A stretch of 64,000 bases of DNA from a virus: the IMG/VR virus record IMGVR_UViG_3300035698_011365, positions 1 to 64,000 of that record, one strand, 5' to 3'. This document shows positions 46,404 to 57,734 of the stretch, piece by piece (position 1 is the stretch's first letter; every line of letters begins with the position of its first letter). The notes under the pieces are model-generated. The model had not been told where the DNA came from. It did not search any database and worked only from the letters and a program-made list of their open reading frames with translations. The position numbers and the translations under genes are program-made.

Positions 46404-49400
46404 ATGAGTGATACTGCTTCTGCACAAATTAACAATATATTAGCCAGTAGAGGAGAAACAGCGACTCCTACTACAGATACTCCTCAAGCACCTGATGCCT
46501 TAGAGAGAGCTATAGCTCGTAGACCTGAAGCACCTATGTCTCCTTTGGATCTCCGTATAGCCGCAAGGGATGCTGAAGCACGTAATGTAACCACTCCTGC
46601 CCTCAATGAGAGAGTAGCTGCCAGAGATGCACAAGACAGCGGTGTATCATCTTTAAATGAGCGTATAGCCGCTAGAGAAGCCCCTACTGTTACTGAAACC
46701 AAAGCAGCTACTATTACAGCTAAGGCACAAGATAAAGTAAATAATTTTGGCGGTAAAACCCCTTCTCCAGAAGAGGCACAACCACAAAGAAGTATGGAAC
46801 AAGCCGTACAAGAAAAGGCTCAAAAACTAGGGTTAGAGAAACCTGTTCCTATTAATATGTCTGATGTGGGTGATGAATCTATATTCAGAGAAATAGCTGA
46901 TATCCCTATCAAAACCGGTCAAGGTGCGGTTATGGGTGTTCGCATGATTGCTGATGCTATGGGTGCAGATAATGAATTATCTCAATCATTACGAGGTGTT
47001 GAAGACTACTTAGGTGCTCTAGTAAGTGCACAATCTAAAGAAGATTCTGCAGAAGTCTCTCGTATAATGGAAGAAGCTAAAAATAAAGGTGTGTGGGAGC
47101 AACTGAAAGCAGGTGCAGAAGCATTTGCTGTGGCTCCTATAGATTTATTAAGTAATGCTTTTGGTACCTCTGTTCCCATAATTCTTGCAGGTATGGCTAC
47201 TGTAGCCTCTGGAGGTGGTACTGTTGCAGTAGGCGCCTCAGGTGTGGCTCTTGGTGGATTAACCGGTGTAGGTGTTACAAAGGGATCTATATATGATGCA
47301 ACTAAAGAAGTTCTATTAGAACAGGGAAAGGTTACTCCTGAGCAGGCTGAGAAGATGGCTGTAGAAGCTCAAGCATACGATGGTGAGAATCTGGATATGA
47401 TTCTTACTGGGGGTGCATTAGGAATATTAGCATCTAGATCGGGTATTGAGCCCGGACTAATAACAGGTATGGGTAAAAAGCTGGCTCAGAGACTAGGTAA
47501 AGAAGTATCAAGAGACATTGCTGAAGGCACAATTAAAGAAGGTGGTAAGAGCGTAGCTAAAAGAAGTGCTTTAAAAAATATAACTGAAGAAACTGTTACT
47601 GAAGCAGCTCAGGGATCTCATGAACAACTTTCAGCTAACGTAGCTAAAAATAGAATTGGAATTGATACTCCATTAATGGAAGGTGTAGTCAGTTCAGGTG
47701 TTCTTGAAGGATTAGGTGGTTTAGGTGTCAGTGGAGTAGCTGATGCTAAGAATATAGTTGGAAAGACAGCAGCTAAAAGTGTACTAAATCTAGATAAGAA
47801 GCTTAAAGAAAGAGATGCTAAAAAAGCAGAAGCAGTAGCCAATGGTGAAGAACCAGCCCCTGCCGGGACTATAAAACAAGAGCTTAAAAACCTTAAGAAT
47901 GATGTTGTTGAAAAGTTCAGCAAAGCTAAACAAACAGTTACATCACAAAAGAAAGCAGTAGATGCACTAAAAGAGCCAGCTAAAGTAGCTGAGGCCCTTC
48001 AACCAGATAATGAGAAGTTCACTAAGGAAGAGAAAGTAATTCTTGCTACTGATAAGTCACGCAGGCCTGCAGCAGATGCAAGCCCTGAAGAGATACAAAA
48101 GTATCAAGGGGAAGTACAGAATGCTCTAGTCGGTTGGTACACTGAGGTACACACAGAATTTAATGAACTTGTAGCCAAGAGCCCTAAAGAAGAGCGCTCA
48201 CCTGCGGATCAAAAAAGAGTTAATGAGCTTTTTGAAATCAAAAGGGAAATAGGTGCCAAGATTAAAAACATTATTGAAGTTGCCAGAGATGACTCTAAAA
48301 CTCTAAAAGATTTTACAAATGCTGTAGACGATGTGAAGAAAAACTCATCACCTCCGGACGCTATTGTTAGAATTCTTGGTTCAACCGGCGGTAAGAACAT
48401 TCCTAATGCAGATCTCAAAAGCTTACAAGAAAGTGATATTAAGCTTCCTGAAAGAGAGAAGGCTATTCTTGATACTCAAATTGAGATCAATAACAAAGTA
48501 GAGGCCCTAGAAAAGAGAGCAACCAGTACTAAAAGTTCTGACTATGTTCATATGGAAGTGGTCAATGGTACTGAAGATAATCTTGGTTTCAAAAACTATC
48601 TCGATAACATTACCATAAGTGTAGAGAGCCAAGAAACAACTACAGTAAAGAAATCAGTCGGAAACTTTAATAAGTTCCTCAAAGGACATAAAGATAAAGC
48701 TGTTGATTTTGCTAATACGATCAAACTCGATAATGCTAATGAAAAAAGTAATACCGAAGAAAGTAAAGCAGCTTTGGATAAATCCGTAGAGCTTTTGAAA
48801 ACCAAATATGATTGGGATCATGAGTTTGCGGGTGCAACAATGAATGTGCTCAAGTTAATCAAGGATGAGGTGGCCATAGGAGAGGCGTACAGCACACAAA
48901 TACAAAATGTGGTGAATACTGGCGCCAAATCAACTGCAGTCCCTACATCAACGCCTAATACTGTTATAGACGATACTGTAATCTCACAGGAAGAGTTTGA
49001 ACAAAGTAATCAAGAAGCACCATTACCAACACCCGATGATTATGCAGGAACATCCGGGCAGGATGCCCCCCTTGGGGAGAGTGCCGGAGTGACCAGCCCA
49101 ACATCGGAAGTTCCTCTTAATCAATCCCCTCCGGATAATGCGGGAACATCTGGGTTAGAGACAGGGTCTTTGAGCGAGGCTTCTTTAGCCGAGTCGAACA
49201 AGACTGGGTCTATAACCGAAGATGAGACAAGCCTATCGGAGGGTCTAAAGACAGAATTAAAAGAGTCGTTGGCTGCTTTGAAAGAAAACAAAGAGAATGG
49301 TGGTACAATTACACCTCAACAAGAACAACTTCTTAAATTAAGTGAAAAGAGAATAAACGGCTTAACAGATACATCTTTAAAACAAAGACTAGTAGAAGCC

Positions 49401-52400
49401 AATACTGCTACTGCTACTGCTACTGCTACTGATAATGGCGCCACTACCACTAAAACCAGACCACTTAAGAAAAGAGCTGAAGGACAAAACAATAGACTTA
49501 GAGAATTCTATAAGGATATTGAATATGTAAAGAAGGCTCGTAAAGCTATTGCTAAGAAACAAGGTAGGCGTAAAGTAACTCAATATACTCCTATTGAAGC
49601 CGTAACAAATGCTATTATTAATAGCGGTAAAAAGATTGTTATGTCTAAAAAAGGTGCATATGACAAAATAAATAATAAGCCTACTAACAAAGAAATTAGA
49701 GGGCTGTTTGTAAGTGAAAAAGCAGCTTCTAAGATGAATCCTGACAGCCTTATAGATGCTGCTGACAATTTAGAACCAGATATCTTTAGGGATGCTGGTA
49801 TAGAACCTGAGATGGATGGTAATTACGTAAAAGCTTCGTGGTTAGCCAAAGTATTTAACGAAGGTACTTTTGATGTTAGAGAAGGCTCAGAACTTGCAGC
49901 AGATAGAGTAGTTGAAGAAGAGATAAAAAGAATAGAAGAGTTTGTTACTGTAACTGTAGGTACAGATGTAGATGCCCCTTCTGTTGATATCATTGAAGCC
50001 TTTAGAAATTATGATAATAATCTAGAAGGTGTCGTACAAGAAGAAGCTTCACAAGAAGAGGACGATGCTGGAGTGCAAGAGGATTCCCTTCGGGAATCCG
50101 ATGGAACGAATAAGCCGTCCGATACTACTCTGCAGGATAGGTTAATGGAAGATACAGGAGCACTCTTTAAGTCTGAAGAGGGTAAGCCTGTACATGTGAA
50201 AGATAACCATCTCAAGAAGCTGTTTAAAGTCAAAGAGCTTAAAAATAGTCTTAATAATGTACTACATAATATAGTGAGCTGGGCAGAGAACTATACTGAA
50301 GTGAACTCTAAACTTAATGACGAAGAGAAGGCTATGGTGAAAAACTTCATAGCTTTTGATAAAGGTATTAATAGAATTCTCACTCAAGGTACATTCACTA
50401 GAGAAGACGGAGTAACTACACAAACTCATAGTCCACTTCTTGCGGCTAATGAGGGTAGAGCATTAGCTTTCAAAAACGATTCGCTTATTAACTTCTTCTA
50501 CAATAAAGAATACGACAAAGAGAATCCGGATACTGACGTACCTCTGCTAGATCCAAATATGGTAACAGCAATGTCCTCTGTTCTTTATGAGTGGTTAGCA
50601 GTACACGGTGCAGGCACCCTGAGCATGGACTCAACCACTGTTGCCAGAACCATAATGGGTTCCGGTAATTCTAAAATTACACCTACAAAAGAGATGTTTG
50701 ATCTCTTAGGGGATAAAGGCACAAACCAGTCTCTATTAGCTGAACAACTAGGTACGAAGCTTATTTCATCACTTGGGTTAAGTGTTTCAGAAAACAATCC
50801 AAACAACTATGTGAGCAAGGCTGCAGTAGATCTGGGTAATGTAATATTGGCTGCAGGGTTCCAATCAGGAATGATTGAGAGAACTGTGGTGTTCACTGAA
50901 GATGTAAACAAACTTAAGGAAGAATACAGGCTTGCTGTAAAAGAAGCAGACGGCACTAAAAAGAAAGTCGATAATGAAGACTTTGATGAAGGTGACGAAA
51001 ATAGTGATTTTACTGATTTCACGGATCTTAGTGAAAGTGCGGCCGAAGGACAAGTATTCTATGTTCGAGTTAAACCTCATACTGTAGAAACCAAGCTTGG
51101 AAGTAAAATACTCCCTAGTCCCTATATACAAGACATAAGAAAGAAATATAAAGGAGGCCAACGAGCATTCCATAATCTATTTGGATCAGTAAGCCCGGAC
51201 AGAGCCCCTTCTTTCGAGAAGCCTAAAGAGAATACTGTTTCTCCTACAATTAAGAAGACAGACTTAAATGTAGCTGAAGAAATTCAAGAGATTCTTCATA
51301 AGAAGGCTCAAGAACCACATCAAATGAGTGACTCTTTTGGTGTTATAAAAGATTTTTCTGATGCTGAACTGTTTGAGTTGTTTGGTGGTATCAATGATGT
51401 AGATAAGAAACAAATAAAACTACAAGCCAAATATAACGCACAGAATACAGAAATTAATAAATTCATAGAAGACATGAGATTCTTCATAGATGGCGCCCCT
51501 AAAGATGACTCAGGGAACCTAACTAAAGATTTCTATTATGATTACGAAATATGGCGTAACAGCCGTATTGGTATGAAAAATAACATCATGAACTACCAGA
51601 GCAGTAAGCTTGCAAGACAGCTGGTTGCTCTTAAGTCTATGAAGGTTGATATCCCAACTGTTAATGAAGACTCCAATAATACTGACATGAGTGAAATACT
51701 TACACTATTTCATATGGCAGTGGCTCAGGGAATGGGCATAGATGAAGGTCTCTCATCAAATGAGATAATCGGTGAGCTTGAAGAACTAATGAGTCCAAAA
51801 GGCCTCTACGGAGGTATAATAGACCTATTGGTTCAGCAAGAACAGGGATATGAGTTAGAACCTAAAGACAGAGCTAGACTTATTAAGGCTACAGCCAAAG
51901 GCGGTCTTCATAAGATATCTGCTATTACGGCATGGGCTAAATACATGCAAGCAAAAGAGACCGGTTCATCTTTCTCTACTAATCTAACAAGAGAGATTGA
52001 TGGTAAAGTGAATGGTGTTGCACATGCATCTTTCCAGTCTACTTTTGATCAAGAAGGTAATCCTGTACGTACTAACTTCATGAATAAGACCGGCATATTC
52101 AGGAATAAGAAGCAGTACAAAACATCTAATGAATACTTCAATGATCCAAAGAATAAAGATGTTTATCAGGATGTGGCTACTGTTGTGGGAGCTAATGTAA
52201 CTGAGGCAGGTAATAAACTTAAAAAAGATCCTAAAAAAGCTAGAGCGTATCAAGTACATCAAGGAGCTTTAGGACTAGTAGGCTCTTTCTTTGAAGTTAT
52301 TGATGGTAAGAATACAGATACTGTTACTAAAGATGGTCGAGAATTCGCTAAAGATCCTGTGATCAAATTCATATACGGTGCTGAAATTTCCAGTATTACT

Positions 52401-55400
52401 TCTGGGGTTGTGGCTGTATCTATGAATAAACTCTATACAGATATAGAAAATACCCTAGGTGATCCAGCAAAACTAAAGATTATAAATAATAGCTTATCCA
52501 ATATACTTGGTAAGGATGCTAAACTTAATAGTGATAACTATTTAACTTATGAACTTAATAACGTGAGTATAACTGCTGAAAGAGATGTAAGAGAGGCATT
52601 AGCCAACACATATAAAGAACCATTAAGAGCTGCTCTTAATGATACCTTCTGGCAGATTAAAGCTGCTAAGAAGAAAATAGTTGAAGCACATCAATTTGCT
52701 TATGAATTGTTTGAAGGAGCTTACTATACAAAAGCCGCCAATGTACTTATAGGAAACAATGGTCAACCTCTTACAATCAAGCAAGAGGAGGATATCCTCA
52801 AGGAGCTTGCTCCATTACTTCCACGTATTGATACTGCGATATCAGACAACAGTGGGAAGAGTGGTGCCTACCTCTGGACTAAAGAGTTAACAAAAGATTA
52901 CGACAGAGTACACATGCAAAAACAGATAGCTGCTCTAGAGAATAGTGGAAGAGATCCTGCTGAAATCAAGATATTTGTTGCAGCTCTTAAAAAAGGATAT
53001 AAGAAACTTAAGTCCAACAGTACAACAAGGAATGAATTCTTTGCTAGAGGCAGTAAAGAGAAGATCCGTAACACCGGTTATGAGAGTAGACTAAATAAAG
53101 GTTCTGAAGACGGTGTAGGTAAACTAGCGGGATTTGCTCGTCACTACGAGATCTTCGAAAGCACTAATAAAGCATTTGTAAATGGTATTCATTCCCTTGA
53201 TAGTATGAACATGCTTGAGATATATGCTGAACTTGAAGCCATGGGTATTCATGATGCTATTATGGTTCCACTTAATACTGAGATTAAAGATGTTGCTTTT
53301 GCTAACCAAGCATTCTTGAAAGTAAATAATAACTACAACCTCAGAGCTGAGAGTATTAATAGGCTTGAGTCTACTATAGAGGCTTACGAGAAGCTTAGAG
53401 ATAACAAGAATAATAAGAAAATACCTTATGGTGTTGTTGTTACTCCTGCTCGTATTGCTGCTATGAAAGCTTGGATGAATGAAGGAGCTAAAGGAAGTGA
53501 TTTTGGCCCTAAAAAACAAGCTGCAGCGAGCCAAAAAACAATACAGAAAGATGTTACTAATCTTGCTAAGAATGGTTTAGTGGATCAATTCCAAGCTAAC
53601 CATACAAGTTATTCAGATAATGTTGATGGTGTAGCTCAAGGTGAGAGCATTAAGACTAAAGACTTAGATAAAGCCACTGCTAAAGATCAAGAGAAGCTTG
53701 AAAAGAAAGTAGATATGGATACTGCTATAGGAATTATAACTGAATTCCGTAGAATAGGTGGTAGCACCAAAGCAGGTATCAAAACTTCTGATCAATCAGC
53801 AGATGCTCAAATATATATGGGAATCCATAAACAAGACCTGAAGCAGGCTGTGGAAGTACTTAAATCTAGTGAAGAAGGTAAAGACTTCTTGGCTGAGGAT
53901 TTTGATAGTTTCCTTGGTTCAGGCCCTAGTGATTATGATGAGAATAACTTCAATCCAAATAAAATATGGGAAGTTAATGGTCAAGGTGCTTTAGACCTGT
54001 TTGATATGTTAGGAACTAAAGGTTTTGGTAACAAGCCTGAGAATGCAGAGCATTCAAAATATTTAAGAGATTTGCTTGTTAGTTTTGGTGTAACTGAATC
54101 AATAGATAACTTGATTATTAAGCTTGAAGAGACCGGTACAGAGAGTGCAGGCTATGCCGTAACAAGAAGTAACGGTAAGAAAGAGATTCATATGCTCTCT
54201 GCTTCCAAGGCCTCTGCTAATGGCATCCGTATGTCAGTACAGGAAACCTATGCTCATGAACTACTTCACATCTTGTCTGAGTCTGTAATTAATACAAGCA
54301 GCAAAGCCCGGGCAGAGCTCGATCGATTATTTAATGAAGTCAGGGATGATCCTACAGTAGATTATAGAGCCTTCTTGAATGATCCAAATGATTTAAGCAA
54401 TCAAGCAGAGAACGACGCTGCTAAAGCCAGATATGACTATATATTTGAGAATACTGAGACAAGACAAGAATCCATCAGAGATGACTCCACAGGTGAAATA
54501 CACACTCATGATCGTAATGACTTCCTTCATGAGTTTTTTGCACTTGGTTTATCTAATGAGAACTTTGTTAAAGCTCTTGCAGGCAGGTTCTCTACTAAAG
54601 AAACTAAACCAGATAATAAGACCCTTTATGATAAAGTGGTTCATATTCTCGTAAAGACTATGGGTTTATTTGATAAGAAGTATAATGATATCCGTAAGGA
54701 TAACATGAGTAATCAGCTTAAGTTTATAGCTAAAAGACTTCTACAAAACAAAGAAGTTTCCAAAAGCAAAGTTCAAACTTTTAATGCTATTACTCAACAG
54801 ATAAATGAGCAGGTACTTTATCCGGCTGTACGTTTTGTTATCGGAAGCATCAAAGGTGCTGCACGGAGTAAATACGTAAAGAACAACAAAAACAGAGTTG
54901 TACGTGATGTTGGTGAAATAATTGATAAAGCTCAATTCAAATATTTCTCTACATATTTTGCTTTCTTGAGTGATGTACGTAAAAGAATGGGTATCAGCGC
55001 TAATAACATCCTAAGCTCTATGTTTAGAGAGGTTGCCGGTACTACTTTTGGAATGCGTTTCTGGCATCGGATGTTGATCTTATCTAATAGAAAGATGGAT
55101 CAAAACCATAAAGCAGTGGATAATCATGTTAGAGCAGAGGCTCTGGGAGCCTATTTGGAGCTCACTGAGGCCGAAAACGTATCAATTACTAAAGGTGGTA
55201 TCAGAACAGACTTCTCCGTGCTGGATGACTCTTATACGCTTGCTGAGATAGCTGAGTTCTATAATACAAGTAACAAAGCAGCTTTGAATAGTGAAATTCA
55301 ATCTATTATGCAAAGGCTTCAGAATGCTTATGACCCTGAAGTTTATAACTTTTACTGGAAGATGTCTGAGAGCCTCGCTAATGTGATGGTTGAGGGCAGA

Positions 55401-57563
55401 GCACTGGAAGAAGATACTTTTGGTTCAGCTTACAGTATTGTTAATATGCATGGCGCCGACTATGAAAAGACTGTGACCCATGAAGATATAAATGATACTG
55501 AGAGATTGATTGATATCCTCACTACGTTGAATGCTATCAAAAAGACCTCTGACAAAACCAAGAATGATCTTCATGGAGTAATGCTTCGTGAGAATGCTCG
55601 TGGAGATGTAGAGGGTGGTATTGATTTCACTATGAAGCTCTTGAAGAAGAATAAAGAAGAGGCACTAAATAATAAGGAATTGTTTAATGGTAACAAAGCA
55701 GAGGTTCGTAAAGGCTTTTCTAAAGAGCTCTATGCTCCTAATGTAACTTTTAAGTACGGTACTGCAGAGGAAGAAGGGGAAATGTTTAAAGATGGTTTCT
55801 TACCTATATCAAACAAGAGCCATGGAGTTGCATTAGACGCTGCTCATGTAGCTGAAAAAAGAATAATGTATGTGAATACAAATTCAGAAATTACTACATT
55901 TCAAAGGGGTATAGTAGCTCTTCAACAAGAAGCAACTATTGGAACCAATGTCTTAGACTTTAATAGTCAGAGAGGTAACAACAGTGTAAATAAAGCAGCT
56001 AAAGATGTAAGAAATATCCAAGCAGCTAAGAAAGCCAATAAGAAAAAGATTTTTGATAGTGCTCCTAGCAGAGTGCTTGATACAGATGCCAATAACTTAT
56101 TGATTCCTATTAATGCTCCTGACGGTACAATTACTGGGTACCGGTATATTATGAAAGAATCTACTAAAGATGAGATTTTGAATAGAGACAACTCTTTTGA
56201 GAAGGTTCTTGGTAAAATGGAAGCCGGTATTGATGATAAAATCAATGCTCGTATGATCAACAAGAAAGTGATTAAAGGGCTCCATACTGAATATACAACC
56301 ATGTTCAGTACAGCTACTCCTAATCACTTTGTTAAGTTGGGCCCTGATTCCAAGAATCCAAGGTATAAAGAGATCTGGCAAATGATGCCTGAGCCAATGC
56401 GTAGAGAGATTAAAGCTGTCTGGGGAACTGACGGAATCTATGTGCGTGAAGAGATAGTAGAATTGGTTTTCGGAAGAAGAAAGTTCTCTATAGCTGATTA
56501 CGGCCGTGAGTCTGTTAAAGCAGGTAATAAGCCGGGTATGATCAATCATACTCTAGGTATGCTGCTCAATAGACCTAATGTTCGTAGGGTAGAGGCTTTC
56601 GTACAGGATCTTGTTAAAATAATAAAAGACATTATTGTTATTAAATCTGTAGCTGTTCTAATAGATAACGTGATTAGTAACTATGTTATTCTTCTTATGA
56701 GGGGAATGTCTATACAGGATATCTTTAAATACAAGAAAGAGGCCCTTATTGATGCTAAAAAGTATAAGGAGCTTCTTACTAAAGAGAGTACGTTGGTTCA
56801 AAAGATAGCCCTTAAAGAACAAAGTAGAACCTCTAAAGGTGCTCCTACTAAAACTGTTATTGATGCTCAGATTAAAAAGATCGAAGGCGACTTAACTATT
56901 GTAAGAGAATCAATAGCAATCAATGCTGTAAGGGATTTGAGTGAAGCAGGAGTGCATCAAACGATTGTGGAAGATGTGTCTCTTGAAGATAATGACAACA
57001 GGCTTCGTGGAAATATTGAAGACTTAATAACTCCTGCTAAGAAATTTGTACCTGAAATAGTACAAGGAGGACTTAAAAACGTATTTCTTACACGAGATAC
57101 GCAAATGTATAAGGCTTTAAGAGATGTCACTCAAATGAGTGATTTTGTTGGAAGATACGCTTTACATCAACATAATACTAAAGTTATGAAGATGAAGCGA
57201 GAAGACTCAATTGAGGATATATTTGCTGCCTTCATTCATTATGATTTGCCTACCCATAAAGGCATTCAATACTTAAATGATGTGGGTATATGGATGTTTA
57301 CTAAATTCTTCTTTAGAATTCAAAAAGAGATATTTAGATCAATATTTGGAGCCCCTAATAGAGATGGCTCAAGAAGAGCAGGTAATCCTACTGCCTCTGC
57401 AGCTGTACTGGCTTCTCAGATATTTGTTGGTGATTTTGCTGATATATATGAAAGTGGTGTTGTTACTGGCTCAGGAAGTCATACATTTGATGTTAATATT
57501 CTTCATACAATATATAAGAATCTTTTATCAGGTGCGTTTACTTCGGCGGCTGTTTCGTATTAG
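46404..57563 (+). CDS. Virion-encapsidated RNA polymerase (N4 gp50-like)
   Basis: 3719 aa, no Cys seen; motif A EIDGKVNG, motif B REFAKDPVIKFIYG, motif C IHDA; HELLH zincin motif; IIVIKS and SDFVGRY C-terminal motifs. Confidence 0.96.
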   Translation: MSDTASAQINNILASRGETATPTTDTPQAPDALERAIARRPEAPMSPLDLRIAARDAEARNVTTPALNERVAARDAQDSGVSSLNERIAAREAPTVTETKAATITAKAQDKVNNFGGKTPSPEEAQPQRSMEQAVQEKAQKLGLEKPVPINMSDVGDESIFREIADIPIKTGQGAVMGVRMIADAMGADNELSQSLRGVEDYLGALVSAQSKEDSAEVSRIMEEAKNKGVWEQLKAGAEAFAVAPIDLLSNAFGTSVPIILAGMATVASGGGTVAVGASGVALGGLTGVGVTKGSIYDATKEVLLEQGKVTPEQAEKMAVEAQAYDGENLDMILTGGALGILASRSGIEPGLITGMGKKLAQRLGKEVSRDIAEGTIKEGGKSVAKRSALKNITEETVTEAAQGSHEQLSANVAKNRIGIDTPLMEGVVSSGVLEGLGGLGVSGVADAKNIVGKTAAKSVLNLDKKLKERDAKKAEAVANGEEPAPAGTIKQELKNLKNDVVEKFSKAKQTVTSQKKAVDALKEPAKVAEALQPDNEKFTKEEKVILATDKSRRPAADASPEEIQKYQGEVQNALVGWYTEVHTEFNELVAKSPKEERSPADQKRVNELFEIKREIGAKIKNIIEVARDDSKTLKDFTNAVDDVKKNSSPPDAIVRILGSTGGKNIPNADLKSLQESDIKLPEREKAILDTQIEINNKVEALEKRATSTKSSDYVHMEVVNGTEDNLGFKNYLDNITISVESQETTTVKKSVGNFNKFLKGHKDKAVDFANTIKLDNANEKSNTEESKAALDKSVELLKTKYDWDHEFAGATMNVLKLIKDEVAIGEAYSTQIQNVVNTGAKSTAVPTSTPNTVIDDTVISQEEFEQSNQEAPLPTPDDYAGTSGQDAPLGESAGVTSPTSEVPLNQSPPDNAGTSGLETGSLSEASLAESNKTGSITEDETSLSEGLKTELKESLAALKENKENGGTITPQQEQLLKLSEKRINGLTDTSLKQRLVEANTATATATATDNGATTTKTRPLKKRAEGQNNRLREFYKDIEYVKKARKAIAKKQGRRKVTQYTPIEAVTNAIINSGKKIVMSKKGAYDKINNKPTNKEIRGLFVSEKAASKMNPDSLIDAADNLEPDIFRDAGIEPEMDGNYVKASWLAKVFNEGTFDVREGSELAADRVVEEEIKRIEEFVTVTVGTDVDAPSVDIIEAFRNYDNNLEGVVQEEASQEEDDAGVQEDSLRESDGTNKPSDTTLQDRLMEDTGALFKSEEGKPVHVKDNHLKKLFKVKELKNSLNNVLHNIVSWAENYTEVNSKLNDEEKAMVKNFIAFDKGINRILTQGTFTREDGVTTQTHSPLLAANEGRALAFKNDSLINFFYNKEYDKENPDTDVPLLDPNMVTAMSSVLYEWLAVHGAGTLSMDSTTVARTIMGSGNSKITPTKEMFDLLGDKGTNQSLLAEQLGTKLISSLGLSVSENNPNNYVSKAAVDLGNVILAAGFQSGMIERTVVFTEDVNKLKEEYRLAVKEADGTKKKVDNEDFDEGDENSDFTDFTDLSESAAEGQVFYVRVKPHTVETKLGSKILPSPYIQDIRKKYKGGQRAFHNLFGSVSPDRAPSFEKPKENTVSPTIKKTDLNVAEEIQEILHKKAQEPHQMSDSFGVIKDFSDAELFELFGGINDVDKKQIKLQAKYNAQNTEINKFIEDMRFFIDGAPKDDSGNLTKDFYYDYEIWRNSRIGMKNNIMNYQSSKLARQLVALKSMKVDIPTVNEDSNNTDMSEILTLFHMAVAQGMGIDEGLSSNEIIGELEELMSPKGLYGGIIDLLVQQEQGYELEPKDRARLIKATAKGGLHKISAITAWAKYMQAKETGSSFSTNLTREIDGKVNGVAHASFQSTFDQEGNPVRTNFMNKTGIFRNKKQYKTSNEYFNDPKNKDVYQDVATVVGANVTEAGNKLKKDPKKARAYQVHQGALGLVGSFFEVIDGKNTDTVTKDGREFAKDPVIKFIYGAEISSITSGVVAVSMNKLYTDIENTLGDPAKLKIINNSLSNILGKDAKLNSDNYLTYELNNVSITAERDVREALANTYKEPLRAALNDTFWQIKAAKKKIVEAHQFAYELFEGAYYTKAANVLIGNNGQPLTIKQEEDILKELAPLLPRIDTAISDNSGKSGAYLWTKELTKDYDRVHMQKQIAALENSGRDPAEIKIFVAALKKGYKKLKSNSTTRNEFFARGSKEKIRNTGYESRLNKGSEDGVGKLAGFARHYEIFESTNKAFVNGIHSLDSMNMLEIYAELEAMGIHDAIMVPLNTEIKDVAFANQAFLKVNNNYNLRAESINRLESTIEAYEKLRDNKNNKKIPYGVVVTPARIAAMKAWMNEGAKGSDFGPKKQAAASQKTIQKDVTNLAKNGLVDQFQANHTSYSDNVDGVAQGESIKTKDLDKATAKDQEKLEKKVDMDTAIGIITEFRRIGGSTKAGIKTSDQSADAQIYMGIHKQDLKQAVEVLKSSEEGKDFLAEDFDSFLGSGPSDYDENNFNPNKIWEVNGQGALDLFDMLGTKGFGNKPENAEHSKYLRDLLVSFGVTESIDNLIIKLEETGTESAGYAVTRSNGKKEIHMLSASKASANGIRMSVQETYAHELLHILSESVINTSSKARAELDRLFNEVRDDPTVDYRAFLNDPNDLSNQAENDAAKARYDYIFENTETRQESIRDDSTGEIHTHDRNDFLHEFFALGLSNENFVKALAGRFSTKETKPDNKTLYDKVVHILVKTMGLFDKKYNDIRKDNMSNQLKFIAKRLLQNKEVSKSKVQTFNAITQQINEQVLYPAVRFVIGSIKGAARSKYVKNNKNRVVRDVGEIIDKAQFKYFSTYFAFLSDVRKRMGISANNILSSMFREVAGTTFGMRFWHRMLILSNRKMDQNHKAVDNHVRAEALGAYLELTEAENVSITKGGIRTDFSVLDDSYTLAEIAEFYNTSNKAALNSEIQSIMQRLQNAYDPEVYNFYWKMSESLANVMVEGRALEEDTFGSAYSIVNMHGADYEKTVTHEDINDTERLIDILTTLNAIKKTSDKTKNDLHGVMLRENARGDVEGGIDFTMKLLKKNKEEALNNKELFNGNKAEVRKGFSKELYAPNVTFKYGTAEEEGEMFKDGFLPISNKSHGVALDAAHVAEKRIMYVNTNSEITTFQRGIVALQQEATIGTNVLDFNSQRGNNSVNKAAKDVRNIQAAKKANKKKIFDSAPSRVLDTDANNLLIPINAPDGTITGYRYIMKESTKDEILNRDNSFEKVLGKMEAGIDDKINARMINKKVIKGLHTEYTTMFSTATPNHFVKLGPDSKNPRYKEIWQMMPEPMRREIKAVWGTDGIYVREEIVELVFGRRKFSIADYGRESVKAGNKPGMINHTLGMLLNRPNVRRVEAFVQDLVKIIKDIIVIKSVAVLIDNVISNYVILLMRGMSIQDIFKYKKEALIDAKKYKELLTKESTLVQKIALKEQSRTSKGAPTKTVIDAQIKKIEGDLTIVRESIAINAVRDLSEAGVHQTIVEDVSLEDNDNRLRGNIEDLITPAKKFVPEIVQGGLKNVFLTRDTQMYKALRDVTQMSDFVGRYALHQHNTKVMKMKREDSIEDIFAAFIHYDLPTHKGIQYLNDVGIWMFTKFFFRIQKEIFRSIFGAPNRDGSRRAGNPTASAAVLASQIFVGDFADIYESGVVTGSGSHTFDVNILHTIYKNLLSGAFTSAAVSY

Positions 57564-57732
57564 TACCGTTCTCTTCAACGATTGCGGCTACCACAATATA
57601 TACAATAAATATTAATGCTGCTACTGCACCTAATACTGAAAGGACAGCTCCTAACATTATTATACCTGCAGCGGCAGCTCCGAGCAGCAATACTGCTACT
57701 ATAGTTATAAAAGCTACTCGGAGTTTATGCAT
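57538..57732 (-). CDS. Small membrane protein
   Basis: Highly hydrophobic 64 aa, convergent on the vRNAP gene as in N4-like phages. Confidence 0.7.
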   Translation of the reverse strand: MHKLRVAFITIVAVLLLGAAAAGIIMLGAVLSVLGAVAALIFIVYIVVAAIVEENGTNTKQPPK

Positions 57733-57734
57733 TA

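Noticed and set aside
49403-49430. (GCTACT)n microsatellite encoding TATATATAT in vRNAP
   Set aside because: In-frame 6-bp unit in a linker; cannot phase-vary the frame
54250-54570. HExxH zincin motif in vRNAP as a novelty
   Set aside because: Already described for N4-like vRNAP C-terminal regions
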